A DNA stretch of 64,000 nucleotides, taken from an uncultured delta proteobacterium (lineage in GTDB: Bacteria > Desulfobacterota > RBG-13-43-22). This document shows, piece by piece, positions 1 to 10,056 of the stretch. How positions within the stretch are numbered: position 1 is the stretch's first letter; the number at the start of each line of letters is the position of its first letter. The stretch is taken from contig CAWDKY010000017.1 in the NCBI GenBank assembly GCA_963802945.1, positions 256,001 through 320,000 of the forward strand. Reading direction: 5' to 3'. Position numbers and translations under genes: made by a program. Below the pieces are notes generated by a model. That model saw nothing but the letters and a program-made list of their open reading frames with translations. It was not told the DNA's origin and searched no databases.

Positions 1-240
1 GTATTATATGTGCCCCGCGAAACAGAATATCAAAAACCGGTTTTGCAACAGGATTCATGGAAATTGTGGCTTGAAACGCTTTGTCGATATGAAGGAATTC
101 GGTTTATCGATCCAACACTGATGCTTATGCGCACTGCGGCAGCCGGCCAACCAGTATATTATGATCATTTTACACCTGCCGGTCATGAAGCTTTTGCGAT
201 TGCGTTTAAAAATTGGTTTGTACAAAACTATAAGTTTTAG
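1..240 (+). CDS. C-terminal part of a probable SGNH/GDSL-family (AlgJ/AlgX-like) protein; starts before the window
   Basis: GIRFID-P-T and YYDHFTPAGHEAFA resemble SGNH block V and the terminal helix; the Asp-His spacing is atypical. Confidence 0.55.
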   Translation, partial: VLYVPRETEYQKPVLQQDSWKLWLETLCRYEGIRFIDPTLMLMRTAAAGQPVYYDHFTPAGHEAFAIAFKNWFVQNYKF

Positions 241-272
241 ATCTAGGTAAATGGCGAGAGAAGGAATAAGGA

Positions 273-491
273 ATGCTTATTCTTGGCCTTTCCTTTTTTT
301 ATCACAATTCGGCGGTATACTTGTTGAAAAATGGGGGAATTCTATTTGCTGCTCAGGAAGAGCGGTTCTCGCGTAAAAAGCATGCCCCCCGATTTCCGAT
401 AAATGCGCTTAAAGCATTTTTAAAACGAGTATCTTTATGGGTATTGATTGACTGGACAAAAGGTGTTATTTTAATAGAAATTACAGGGTAG
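273..491 (+). pseudogene. truncated N-terminal fragment of a carbamoyltransferase
   Basis: MLILGLSFFYHNSAVYLLKNGGILFAAQEERFSRKKH parallels the N-terminus of 636..2453, then homology is lost. Confidence 0.8.
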
Positions 492-635
492 ACCCCTGCA
501 AGTCGTCGATTTTCTTAGAAGGTCCTTTGGCAACCTTAGACAAAACGATGAGCAGTCGAAAACCCGAAACAACCGGCAAGAAGAGGATGCTGGTGTGATC
601 CGTTAGCTGGGTACAGAAGGTTGAGAGGTAACGCT

Positions 636-2453
636 TTGTATATTCTGGGGATATCGGCTTTTTATCATGACAGCGCAGCCTGTCTCGTCCGTGATGGGGA
701 AATCTTGGCAGCCGCCCAAGAAGAACGCTTTACAAGAAAGAAGCATGACTTTAACTTCCCGACTAATGCGATTCAATACTGTTTGGATGCTGTTGGTATC
801 AAAGGGAAAGATCTTGATTATGTTGCCTTCTATGATAAGCCCTTCATTAAGTTTGAGAGACTTTTAGAAACCTACCTGGCCTATGCGCCTGTAGGAATTA
901 TGTCTTTCTGGAAAGCCATTCCTGTCTGGATCAAGCAGAAACTTTGGATATCGGACCTCATTAAAAAGGAACTTGATTACCCGGGGAAAATAATTTATCC
1001 CGAGCATCATGAATCGCATGCCGCAAGCGCATTCTTTCCGTCAGCATTCCAAAAGGCGGCCTTTCTGACAATGGACGGCGTCGGGGAATGGACGACGACC
1101 AGCTTTGGCGTGGGCCATGACAACAAGGTTGAGATCAACTCCGAGATTCACTTCCCGCATTCCCTCGGGCTACTGTATTCCGCCTTTACCTATTATACCG
1201 GCTTCAAGGTGAATTCCGGTGAATATAAGTTAATGGGGCTGGCCCCCTACGGCGAGCCGAAGTACGTTGATCTGATACTCAGCCGACTCATGGATCTCAA
1301 GGAAGACGGCTCCTACCGGCTGAACATGGATTATTTCAATTACGCGGTTGGGCTGACCATGACCAATGATAAGTTTGACCGACTGTTTGAGGGGCCCCCT
1401 CGAAAACCAGAATCCAAGCTTACGCAGAAGGAGATGGATCTCGCCCGATCTATCCAGGTGGTTACAGAAGAAGTGGTGCTCAGGACTGCACGGCACATTT
1501 ATCGGGTCACTGGCGAGCGATATTTGTGCCTCGCGGGCGGGGTAGCCCTAAACTGCGTGGCCAATGGGCGGATCTTGCGCGAAAGCCCTTTTGATGATAT
1601 TTGGATTCAGCCTGCCGCCGGTGACGCCGGAGGTGCTCTCGGTGCTGCCCTCTTTACTTGGTATCAGTATCTGAGTAACCAAAGGTGCGCAAATGGGTCG
1701 AGTGATTCTCAGAGAGGTTCGTTCCTTGGACCAAAGTATAGCAACCAAGAGATAAAGGCATTTCTTGATTCTCATGGTATCAATTATTCAGAGATTTCTT
1801 ATGAGCAAGTGTCCCAGACTGTCGCAGAGTTTATCACCCAGGAAAAGGTAGTGGGATGGTTTCAGGGCAGAATGGAGTTCGGTCCGCGCGCGCTCGGAGC
1901 GCGTTCTATTATCGGTGATGCCAGATCCCCGGATATGCAGTCAACCATGAATCTAAAAATTAAATTCCGAGAGAGCTTCAGACCTTTTGCTCCCTCGGTC
2001 TTGGAGGAACACGTTTTTGAACACTTTGAAATAGACAGGACGAGCCCATACATGTTGCTTGTGGCTTACGTCAAAAATGACAAAAGGCTTGCCATGACCG
2101 ACTCGGAGAAAAGATTATGGGGCATTGATCAACTTAACGTTGTTCGGTCGGATATCCCCGCCGTCACCCACGTCGATTATTCTGCCCGTCTTCAAACGGT
2201 CGATAAAACAACGAATCCATTGTACCATGAAATGATAAAAAAATTTTATGAAATGACTGGCTGCCCTGTTATCGTTAACACCTCTTTTAACGTTCGCGGA
2301 GAGCCCATCGTGTGTACACCGCTGGATGCATTTACCTGTTTCATGCGAACCGAAATGGATTATCTTGTGATGGAGAATTTCATATTGGATAAGAAAAAAC
2401 AGAAGGAGCTGGGCGAGGATATAGATTGGAAAAAGGAATTCGAACCGGATTGA
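636..2453 (+). CDS. NodU/CmcH-family O-carbamoyltransferase (SxtI/TobZ-like)
   Basis: ILGISAFYHDSAA, QEERFTRKKH, EHHESHAASAF, DGVGE, GGVALNCVANG, GPRALGARS, LKIKFRESFRPFAP, NTSFNVRGEP; TTG at 636 after GAGAGG (track start 621). Confidence 0.95.
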   Translation: MYILGISAFYHDSAACLVRDGEILAAAQEERFTRKKHDFNFPTNAIQYCLDAVGIKGKDLDYVAFYDKPFIKFERLLETYLAYAPVGIMSFWKAIPVWIKQKLWISDLIKKELDYPGKIIYPEHHESHAASAFFPSAFQKAAFLTMDGVGEWTTTSFGVGHDNKVEINSEIHFPHSLGLLYSAFTYYTGFKVNSGEYKLMGLAPYGEPKYVDLILSRLMDLKEDGSYRLNMDYFNYAVGLTMTNDKFDRLFEGPPRKPESKLTQKEMDLARSIQVVTEEVVLRTARHIYRVTGERYLCLAGGVALNCVANGRILRESPFDDIWIQPAAGDAGGALGAALFTWYQYLSNQRCANGSSDSQRGSFLGPKYSNQEIKAFLDSHGINYSEISYEQVSQTVAEFITQEKVVGWFQGRMEFGPRALGARSIIGDARSPDMQSTMNLKIKFRESFRPFAPSVLEEHVFEHFEIDRTSPYMLLVAYVKNDKRLAMTDSEKRLWGIDQLNVVRSDIPAVTHVDYSARLQTVDKTTNPLYHEMIKKFYEMTGCPVIVNTSFNVRGEPIVCTPLDAFTCFMRTEMDYLVMENFILDKKKQKELGEDIDWKKEFEPD

Positions 2454-2462
2454 GGTAGGTTT

Positions 2463-2873
2463 ATGGCAAAGGGAAAGACGAAAAAACCAGATAAAGAGGA
2501 ACTTCGAAAATTTGTGATTACTATCTCCATTGCCTTAGGTGTCCTTGGATGTCTTATTCTATGGCGCAAAGGAGGGGCAGGGTTAATTTTTATATCGATT
2601 GGTGCAGTAATTTTTCTTGTGGGTCTGGCGAGGCCTATGGCGCTCGCCCACCTTTACAAAGCATGGATGGCTCTTGCCCTGGTTCTTGGATTGGTCATGA
2701 GCCATATAATCCTTGGAGTGGTTTATTACCTCGTAGTGACGCCAATTGGGTTTTTCATGAGAATAGTGGCCAAAGACCAGCTTAGACTGGGGTTTGATCC
2801 CAAAGCTCACTCCTACTGGGTAAGGAGAGAAAAGAAAGAGTGGAATAGGAAAAGTTACGAAAAAATGTTTTGA
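2463..2873 (+). CDS. SxtJ-family membrane protein
   Basis: ELRKF, three hydrophobic segments, WMALALVLG, YYLVVTPIG, SYWVRR, C-terminal MF; directly follows the carbamoyltransferase. Confidence 0.85.
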   Translation: MAKGKTKKPDKEELRKFVITISIALGVLGCLILWRKGGAGLIFISIGAVIFLVGLARPMALAHLYKAWMALALVLGLVMSHIILGVVYYLVVTPIGFFMRIVAKDQLRLGFDPKAHSYWVRREKKEWNRKSYEKMF

Positions 2874-2888
2874 TTGAGGAGTGGAGAC

Positions 2889-3047
2889 ATGAGTAAATTG
2901 TCTATAATGATGGAGTTTTGGCAGTTCCTAAGAACTAAGAAGAAATATTGGTTGCTTCCTGTTATCATCATGCTCCTTGGTTTGGGCGCCCTGCTGATTC
3001 TTACCGAGGGGAGTGCTCTGGCTCCTTTCATTTATGCGGTTTTCTAA
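2889..3047 (+). CDS. DUF5989/SxtK-like 52-aa membrane peptide (not in the ORF track)
   Basis: Manual translation MSKLSIMMEFWQFLRTKKKYWLLPVIIMLLGLGALLILTEGSALAPFIYAVF*; GAGGAG/GGAG RBS upstream. Confidence 0.9.
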   Translation: MSKLSIMMEFWQFLRTKKKYWLLPVIIMLLGLGALLILTEGSALAPFIYAVF

Positions 3048-3400
3048 ACCGAAGCCAATAAAGGCACTAAGGGCGATAGCCACAAAATATAATTTGCCAA
3101 GTTTCAAATAAGGAGGCCAGTATTACGAGAGTGTCCAGACTCGAAGGAGGGTACGTTAAATATTTAGCGTGAAATTTTTGAAGAAGGTAAGGTTTTTGCG
3201 CACACTTTCAACCGGATTTGATCTCTAGTGTAATTCCATGATTAGGGAGATGATTACCAAGGCCCAGATTTTACCTTTTTTCATAATCGCTTTGCTCGTT
3301 CCCATCTGACTCCCCATAGGATAGGGCTTCTTTTTCTCAGGAACGATTGGCCTGCCCTCCCCCAGAAAAAACAATAGCTTTATAACGATTCGAGGGGACC

Positions 3401-5188
3401 ATGGAAAGAGGAAAAAAAATAGGATCCAAAGCAGCTCGAAAATGGATGATCTTTTTGACCGTGGTCTGGATTGTTCTTTTCATTGGTGCCGGGATCGTTT
3501 CCATCCTATCTTATTCAACAGCTAAGATCCTGGCCGACAGGGTCAGTATGGCCGGCAGTGCCCACCGCTTCACCTTAGATTTTTTCAATCAGATCCAAGG
3601 GCAGGCCTATTGGATAGTAATCTTCTTGGCCCTTATTGGAATCGTTTTCTTCCTCTTTCGAAAGAAGATCGAGCAATTTTTATTGGAAAAAATGCCTTCC
3701 GCCCTCAGTCCCGGTTCCTTTATCAATATCCCAGTTCTCTCCCGATGGGAAGTTTTGGGACTTTTAATCTTGACCGGAGCCGGTTTTTCCTTACGTCTAA
3801 TTCAAATGAATGGGATTGTCACCTACGATGAGGCATTCTCCTATTTCCAATACGCCCAAAACCCATGGATGGCCGTTACTGTGTATACCCATGCCAACAA
3901 TCATATCTTTCATAATCTCTTGCTTTCTATAATCACCTCTATCTTCGGAAATTCCTATGAGGTTCTTCGCTCAATAGCCTTGGTATGTGGTACCCTTTTA
4001 ATCCCCATGGTATTTTTAGCGGTTAGATCCACCCAAACAGAATACTCGGCTTTCAAGGGGTGGCTGGCAGCCTTAATAATTACTATTAACCCCTTGGTTG
4101 TAAAATATTCAGCTTTGGCCCGAGGGTATACCCTTCAAGCCCTGATCGGGGTTTTGAGCTGGGCCATATTTGTCCAAATCTTACAAGGTAGACGTAACCT
4201 TTTCTTCATACTTGGCCTTTTATCGGCTTTAGCCCTCTGGACGGTCCCAACCTCTGCCTATTTTGTAGTAGGTCTTGGATTTGCCATTCTGGGAAATGTT
4301 TTCCGAAGGCGGATCAACTTAAGTGACTTCTTTTTCTTCCTCATCATTACAGGGATAGTTACCTTCATACTTTGGATGCCGGCCGTGATCGTCTCCGGTC
4401 TAAAGGCCGTTTTGATAAATCCAGATAGTAACCCGGTCGCCGCAGGGGTAGTTGTGGACCATTTTTTTGGGCGATTCAAGTATGTTTGGGAGCCTTTATC
4501 TCTCTACCTGGGCACTTCGGTAGGGTTCTTAATAGTCATCCTCCTAACTCTTTGGGGCTTGTATGTGGCTCCTGCGGGCTGGCGGTGGATTGGGTTGGGT
4601 GTCTTGACTTCAATCTTTCTTTTAACCGCCTTCTTACAGGTGACCCCCCCCAAACGAGTCTGGACTTTCCTGGTGCCACTTCTGGCCATCCTGGTTGATT
4701 TTGGTGTCTGTAAAATATTCAATTTTTGGCAATCAATACATAAAAGGTTGGCCTTTTTAGTGATTGTCCTGCCGTTTGCTTATATAGCATTAGTCCTTCC
4801 CAATACGCTCAAATACGACGGTCCTGGACACAGAGAGGTCACTACCTTTGCTCGGGAAGTGGCAAATCAATGGACCCAGGGCCAAGCCATTAAAATAGAA
4901 GCCGACAAGACCACCATGCTTCAATCCAATCCAGATGATTTTTATATTTTTTACGATTGGAACAATGTCAATACAGTTAGATATTATCTTAACCAACAGG
5001 GGATTCCGAACTCTGCCTTTCTCTGGAGAAGCAAGGATTCATCTCCTACGGTCTGGTTGATATCCGTACAAGTAAACGGCAAGCCAATAGATCTCCAAGG
5101 TCCTGAAGGGAAAAAATTCCATTGGGACCTGATTATGGGTCCCTATTCTTTGGCCAAAGGCGTTGATAAAAGACAATTTTTGAATTGA
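3401..5188 (+). CDS. GT-C fold polytopic glycosyltransferase (PMT/ArnT-like)
   Basis: Many TM segments; first loop TYDEAFSY, NNHIFH, YSALARGY. Confidence 0.75.
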   Translation: MERGKKIGSKAARKWMIFLTVVWIVLFIGAGIVSILSYSTAKILADRVSMAGSAHRFTLDFFNQIQGQAYWIVIFLALIGIVFFLFRKKIEQFLLEKMPSALSPGSFINIPVLSRWEVLGLLILTGAGFSLRLIQMNGIVTYDEAFSYFQYAQNPWMAVTVYTHANNHIFHNLLLSIITSIFGNSYEVLRSIALVCGTLLIPMVFLAVRSTQTEYSAFKGWLAALIITINPLVVKYSALARGYTLQALIGVLSWAIFVQILQGRRNLFFILGLLSALALWTVPTSAYFVVGLGFAILGNVFRRRINLSDFFFFLIITGIVTFILWMPAVIVSGLKAVLINPDSNPVAAGVVVDHFFGRFKYVWEPLSLYLGTSVGFLIVILLTLWGLYVAPAGWRWIGLGVLTSIFLLTAFLQVTPPKRVWTFLVPLLAILVDFGVCKIFNFWQSIHKRLAFLVIVLPFAYIALVLPNTLKYDGPGHREVTTFAREVANQWTQGQAIKIEADKTTMLQSNPDDFYIFYDWNNVNTVRYYLNQQGIPNSAFLWRSKDSSPTVWLISVQVNGKPIDLQGPEGKKFHWDLIMGPYSLAKGVDKRQFLN

Positions 5189-5291
5189 TTCAAATAAATT
5201 GATGCCGGGCTATGGGGAAAATTAGGGCCATTTTTTTAAGAAGATAATAGATAACTCAACCAATATTAAACAGAAAAGGAGTAGGGGGACA

Positions 5292-7353
5292 ATGCTTTTC
5301 AAAAACCAGCCGGGCCTAAAACGGAGGGGGACTATATTTCTCCTGGTTATTTGTTTTTCTTTTTTGGGAACAGGCCTTTCGACGGGAGTAGGTAACTTAA
5401 TCTATAATGGTAATTTTGAGATCCCCGGTTCTCAAAACCTACCGCCCGGTTGGGCCATGTGGGGAGCAGCCGTTTATCAGAATCCGGCCAATTATTCTTT
5501 GGATAGCAGTAATCCCTATAGTGGGAAGTTCTGTTTGCGTATTCATCATCCGGCCGAGACCAACGGGTACATAGTCACTTCTCCCAACTATGCCCTGCGG
5601 CCAAGAAAAGGAAAAATCTATACCATTACTTTTTATGCTCGAACCAACAACCCCGGCAGTTCCTTGTTCGGTTTTTACGCTTATGAAAACCTCAAAACTT
5701 TTATTGATGCTCCTTCGCCCGGTTTTTTCCCGATAACAATAGATCGCCAATGGGAAAGGTATACTTTTAAAATCAAGGAGGGGCTGGATTTTTTTGCCGA
5801 TCGTTCCCCATTTCTCCTGTTGACCATTAAGGCCACAACTGATTTTCATGAAGAGAAGACCCTATGGATAGATGAAGTTAGTGTTATGGAGGAGGACTAT
5901 CCTCAGGGGATGCGTCTGGTAGATGAAAGGATGTTGCCTCATGAGTCCTTACAACACCGTTTACAACCGGGGCAATCGCTGTCTTTTACGGTGGATATAG
6001 AGAACCGGCTAAGAGCGGTTAACCATATGATAAGCGGGATCTCCCTGCATCGAGTGGCGGGTTATACCGGCCATCCCTTCAATGCACAGGGCCAATATAC
6101 CTTGTCTTCTGCCTTAGAGCAGGCTATTCGGGATCTTCGTCTGCCTATGACCCGTTTTTATGGGTTAGGGGATGAGCCTTTCAGTCTGGAAAATGCGATC
6201 GATAAAGCAGCGGAAGTATGTCGACGGGTTGGAATATCCCCGGCCCAAACGATCCTTGAGTTTGAACCCCAAAATGCCCGGTATAAATTGGCCCCTGAGA
6301 CCTGGGGTCAAGGGGTAAGCCATTCCGTACAAAAGAGATATGGATTTCGCTACTGGGAGGTTGCCAATGAACCGGAAAACGGTATGCTCCTAGCCGAATA
6401 AAAAAGGGGCTTTTCTTTCTTCCGACGAATATGTAGACCACATTAAAAAAGTCAGCCGTGCTATTCGAACCATACAGCCCAATGCCCTGATCGGCATAGC
6501 CATTTCCGATACCCCTTCTTGGGGGAATTATGTCCTTAGTAAAGCCGCTGGCTATTATGATTTTGTTTCCGGCCATTATTATGCCGTCTCCCAGGCCCAC
6601 CGACGTAAATTTGAAGTTGTTGCCCTGACTGAAAATTTTAAAATTCTAGAAAATATCATCCGAACCAACGAGCTCATCCGAGCCTATAATCCAGGGAAGG
6701 ATGTTTACCAGATCGATACTGAATGGGGTATGCAAAGCAGGGGGCCTAATAATGAAACCGCCGATTTTGTAGCCCGAAATGCCAACATCTTCGGCCTTCT
6801 CCACCGGGCGGTCCGAATGATTTATTATGCCCGGGAGGGGATCCTTCTGGGAGCCAGTTCTTGGAACTTATTATCCAATCTGGATGCCCCGGGGTTTGCC
6901 GTCCTCTCTCCCCAGGCCCCGGAGGCACGATCTCTGATCTATTGGCTTTACTATTATTTTAATCGTCATCTCGGCGAATCGGTTCTCGATATCAAAGGTT
7001 CGGCCCCCTATTATATCCCCGCTGCCGGGGAAGATCCTTTTACTAAATCCGGGGAATACCCCGGGCCCTTGACTCCGGTTTTGGCCACCCTAAGTAAGGA
7101 CAGGAAGGATTTATTTCTAATCATTGCCAACGGATCATGGGGAAAGGGGATCCCCTGCCGAGTGAACATCCTGAACCATTCATTTGGTCAGGCCCAGGCC
7201 GTTTTGCTTACTCATCACAATCCCGATGGAAATCCCTATCTGGAAAAAAAGGAGGATGCCGTTTCAAGGTTTCCGGTTTCTCTGGATAAACAGGAACTCC
7301 GTTGCACCATCCCCGCCCATTCCGTAGTTTTCATTACTGTCAAGGGCAAATAG
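5292..7353 (+). CDS. secreted CBM4/9-like + clan GH-A glycoside hydrolase (GH51/GH39-like); +1 frameshift near 6393-6398
   Basis: Signal peptide, NLIYNGNFE..LWIDEVSV carbohydrate-binding module, YWEVANEP acid/base motif; frame reopening at 6394 reads ..SDEYVDHIKKVSRAIR..DFVSGHYY..DTEWG and joins ORF 6730..7353. Confidence 0.75.
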
Positions 7354-7400
7354 AGGTTTATTGAAGATTTACCTAAAACAATAAAAGCGCATCAAAACAG

Positions 7401-8795
7401 GTGATAAATTCTAAAATGATTCGTTCAAAAGCCGTCATGGCACTCTTAACCCTCTGTTTGTTAAGCCGACTGATTTTCTTTTTGGCCGTGAAGCCATGGA
7501 ATCCAGAGGTTAGAGATAACGTTATTCTGAAACAAGACGCCTTGCAATATCACCAGTTGGCCATTTCAATGACCCATTACCATCAATTTACTCAAGAAAA
7601 GGATGGGCCTTCTGATACCTTAAGAACCCCCCTATATCCTTTATTCATTAGTTTAATTTATTCGATTCAAAACCAGCCAAGACCTTGGACTGTCCTTTTC
7701 ATCCAGATTGTGATGGATACGGCATCCTGTGTTCTGCTCTTTTTTCTATTAACCCATGTACTAAACCGACTGGTTGCTCTTTATGCCGCATTGTTTTATG
7801 CCCTTGATCCATTTCTGATTTTATATTCGGTTACTTTGCTGAGCGAAATCCTCTTTGTTTTTTTATGTATCCTCGGGGCCTTTCTAATAACCAAAGGGGG
7901 TTCCCGGGAATTCGAGAGGGGAAGTGGTAAGTGGATAGCGGGATCTGCCATCACTTTCGGCTTTGCCACCCTAGTCCGACCGATAGCTCAATTTATTCCT
8001 TTTGTGGTCTTTTTATTTCTGCTTTATCCCTTAAGATATAGATTGAAAAGGGCCTTTGGATTGATTTTTTTGTTCTTCCTTTTTTTTATTCTGACTCTTT
8101 CACCTTGGATGGTAAGAAACTTGCTCCGTTTTAACACCCCTTCCCTTTCGACGGCGGGCAATTATAATTTGCTTATCTTATATGTCCAACCGATGGAAAT
8201 GGAGAGGAGAGGGCAACCTTCCGATGTCGTAGAAAGAAGTCTTCTTAATGAAGCGGATCATCTTATGATTCGGGATGGATGGGATCTCCAAACGATGAAC
8301 GATTTTCAGAAGGGGACTTATTGGAAAAAGTTGGCTTTCCATTATATCACCAACTATCCGTTCTCTTTTTTAAAACACTATTTTTTTGGAATTTTTCATA
8401 CGATGGGAAATTTAGCTACTGGTCCTTATGCTGATATGCTGAGAATTTCAAAAAGTACAGGCAAATTTCAAATCAAAGGTTATCACAATATAGTTGAGTT
8501 AATAAAAGCTTGGGTAACTCAAAAAACCTGGGAGGAAATAGGGATCGGTATGGTTATTGCGCTTTATCTTATGGTGTCTTATTTCCTTTTGGCGGTAGGC
8601 TTAATTGTTTTTTGGAGAAAATTTCGTCACCAAAAATTTTTATGGTTAATTTTTTTACTGTTCATTTATTTTATTTTCATTACCGGTTCAGCGGGGTTGG
8701 CCAGGTTTAAGCTTCCCGCCGTCCCTTTTTATCTGGCCTTTGTGGGTTTGGGGCTCCATCAATTCTTAAACAGGCATAGGGACCGCATTTCTTAA
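7401..8795 (+). CDS. GT-C (ArnT/family 39-like) membrane glycosyltransferase
   Basis: DALQY, RTPLYP, LLSEILF, ATLVRP, SPWMVRN, ARFKLP; polytopic. Confidence 0.8.
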   Translation: MINSKMIRSKAVMALLTLCLLSRLIFFLAVKPWNPEVRDNVILKQDALQYHQLAISMTHYHQFTQEKDGPSDTLRTPLYPLFISLIYSIQNQPRPWTVLFIQIVMDTASCVLLFFLLTHVLNRLVALYAALFYALDPFLILYSVTLLSEILFVFLCILGAFLITKGGSREFERGSGKWIAGSAITFGFATLVRPIAQFIPFVVFLFLLYPLRYRLKRAFGLIFLFFLFFILTLSPWMVRNLLRFNTPSLSTAGNYNLLILYVQPMEMERRGQPSDVVERSLLNEADHLMIRDGWDLQTMNDFQKGTYWKKLAFHYITNYPFSFLKHYFFGIFHTMGNLATGPYADMLRISKSTGKFQIKGYHNIVELIKAWVTQKTWEEIGIGMVIALYLMVSYFLLAVGLIVFWRKFRHQKFLWLIFLLFIYFIFITGSAGLARFKLPAVPFYLAFVGLGLHQFLNRHRDRIS

Positions 8796-9186
8796 AGTGT
8801 CAAGTCGAAAGCACAAAATGGAACTTATCAACTTTTTTATCCAAAGGGTCAATAGCGGGGAAGGGCATATTATTCAATAATGATTTCCAAAAGGGACTTT
8901 AGGCAATGCGCACTGCAAGTAAGAACGGAGAAGACAACAAAGAAAGTTCTCCTGTTTTTCCCCTTGATAATAATTTTTTAATTTATTAGTATTTCAGTAA
9001 ATATTTAAATCTCCACTTTATAGCTGGGGTAATATAGTATCGTCTAAGTTGGGTTTGGATCTTTTGGGTTTATAGCTTCTTTAATCCTTTTTCCTCATTT
9101 CAAAAGGAGGAAATCCGCTGGCCTCGGTATGTGGTAGAGTGTGGGATGATCTAAATTGCCGGTTAAGAAAATAACGAGGGAGAGAA

Positions 9187-9666
9187 ATGCCCATTGCCTC
9201 GGATGTTAAGTTAGGGAAAGGGGTACAGTTTCCCCACCCCGAGTTGATCAATCTCTACGGGTGCAGTATTGGAGATGAAACCAAGATCGGTGCCTTTGTG
9301 GAGATTCAAAAAAATGCAATAGTGGGAGCCCGTTGTAAGATTTCCTCTCACAGCTTTATCTGCGAAGGAGTAACGATTGAGGATGAGGTCTTTATCGGCC
9401 ATGGGGTGATCTTTATTAATGACCGGTATCCTCGAGCAACGAAGGATGGTCGTTTGAAAGATGATAACGATTGGGAAGTCTTACCAATAAGGGTTAAACG
9501 TGGGGCTTCGATCGGTAGTGGAGCGGTGATACTCTGTAGTGTAACTATTGGAGAGAAAGCCATGGTGGGTGCCGGTGCCGTTGTCGCTCAGGATGTGCCT
9601 GACCTGGCCATTGTTGTGGGTTCCCCGGCCTGCTTCATACGGAATATCGACCAGAAGGAGCAATAG
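9187..9666 (+). CDS. hexapeptide-repeat N-acetyltransferase (WbpD/WxcM-like)
   Basis: LbH repeats, ISSHSFICEGV, FINDRYPR, GASIGSGA, VGAGAVV. Confidence 0.9.
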   Translation: MPIASDVKLGKGVQFPHPELINLYGCSIGDETKIGAFVEIQKNAIVGARCKISSHSFICEGVTIEDEVFIGHGVIFINDRYPRATKDGRLKDDNDWEVLPIRVKRGASIGSGAVILCSVTIGEKAMVGAGAVVAQDVPDLAIVVGSPACFIRNIDQKEQ

Positions 9667-9669
9667 GAA

Positions 9670-10045
9670 TTGACCTTTTCAGGCTTGATATTGGTGGTTC
9701 TCAGCGCTTTGCTTACTGTAGTGGCTAATCTCCTAATGAGAGCGGGGATTTTGCGTGCCGGAGGATTTCAGCTTGAGTTAAATACGATCCGTGAACCTAT
9801 CCTGTCCCTTCTTCGGCAACCCATGTTTTTGGTGGGGGTTGTATTGTATGGAGCAGTCTGCGGTTATCTGGTTTCGCGTGATTTCTTTTGAAAATCTCAG
9901 CAATAGTTATCCGTTATTGGTCAGTTTGACTTTTGCCTTAGTCACAATGGGTGCAGCTTTTTTTTTCCACGAACAGATTTCTTTGCTAAAGATAGTTGGG
10001 TTGTTGGTGATTTTAGGCGGCATTATAATTGTAGCTTCTCATTGA
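9670..10045 (+). CDS. SMR/EamA-type 4-TM protein, ArnE/ArnF-like lipid-sugar flippase; +1 frameshift at about 9856
   Basis: Joining ORFs 9670..9891 and 9791..10045 gives ..VVLYGA-SAVIWFRVISFENLSNSYP..FFHEQISLLKIVGLLVILGG. Confidence 0.75.
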
Positions 10046-10056
10046 GGAAAGTTTAA

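Noticed and set aside
636-3047. Saxitoxin gene cluster (sxtI-sxtJ-sxtK-like triad)
   Set aside because: No sxtA, sxtG or other core genes are present, and the context is glycan biosynthesis.
9115-9150. tRNA D-arm-like or ops/JUMPstart-like TGGTAGAGTGTGG
   Set aside because: There is no T-arm or acceptor stem, and the match to GGCGGTAG is only partial.
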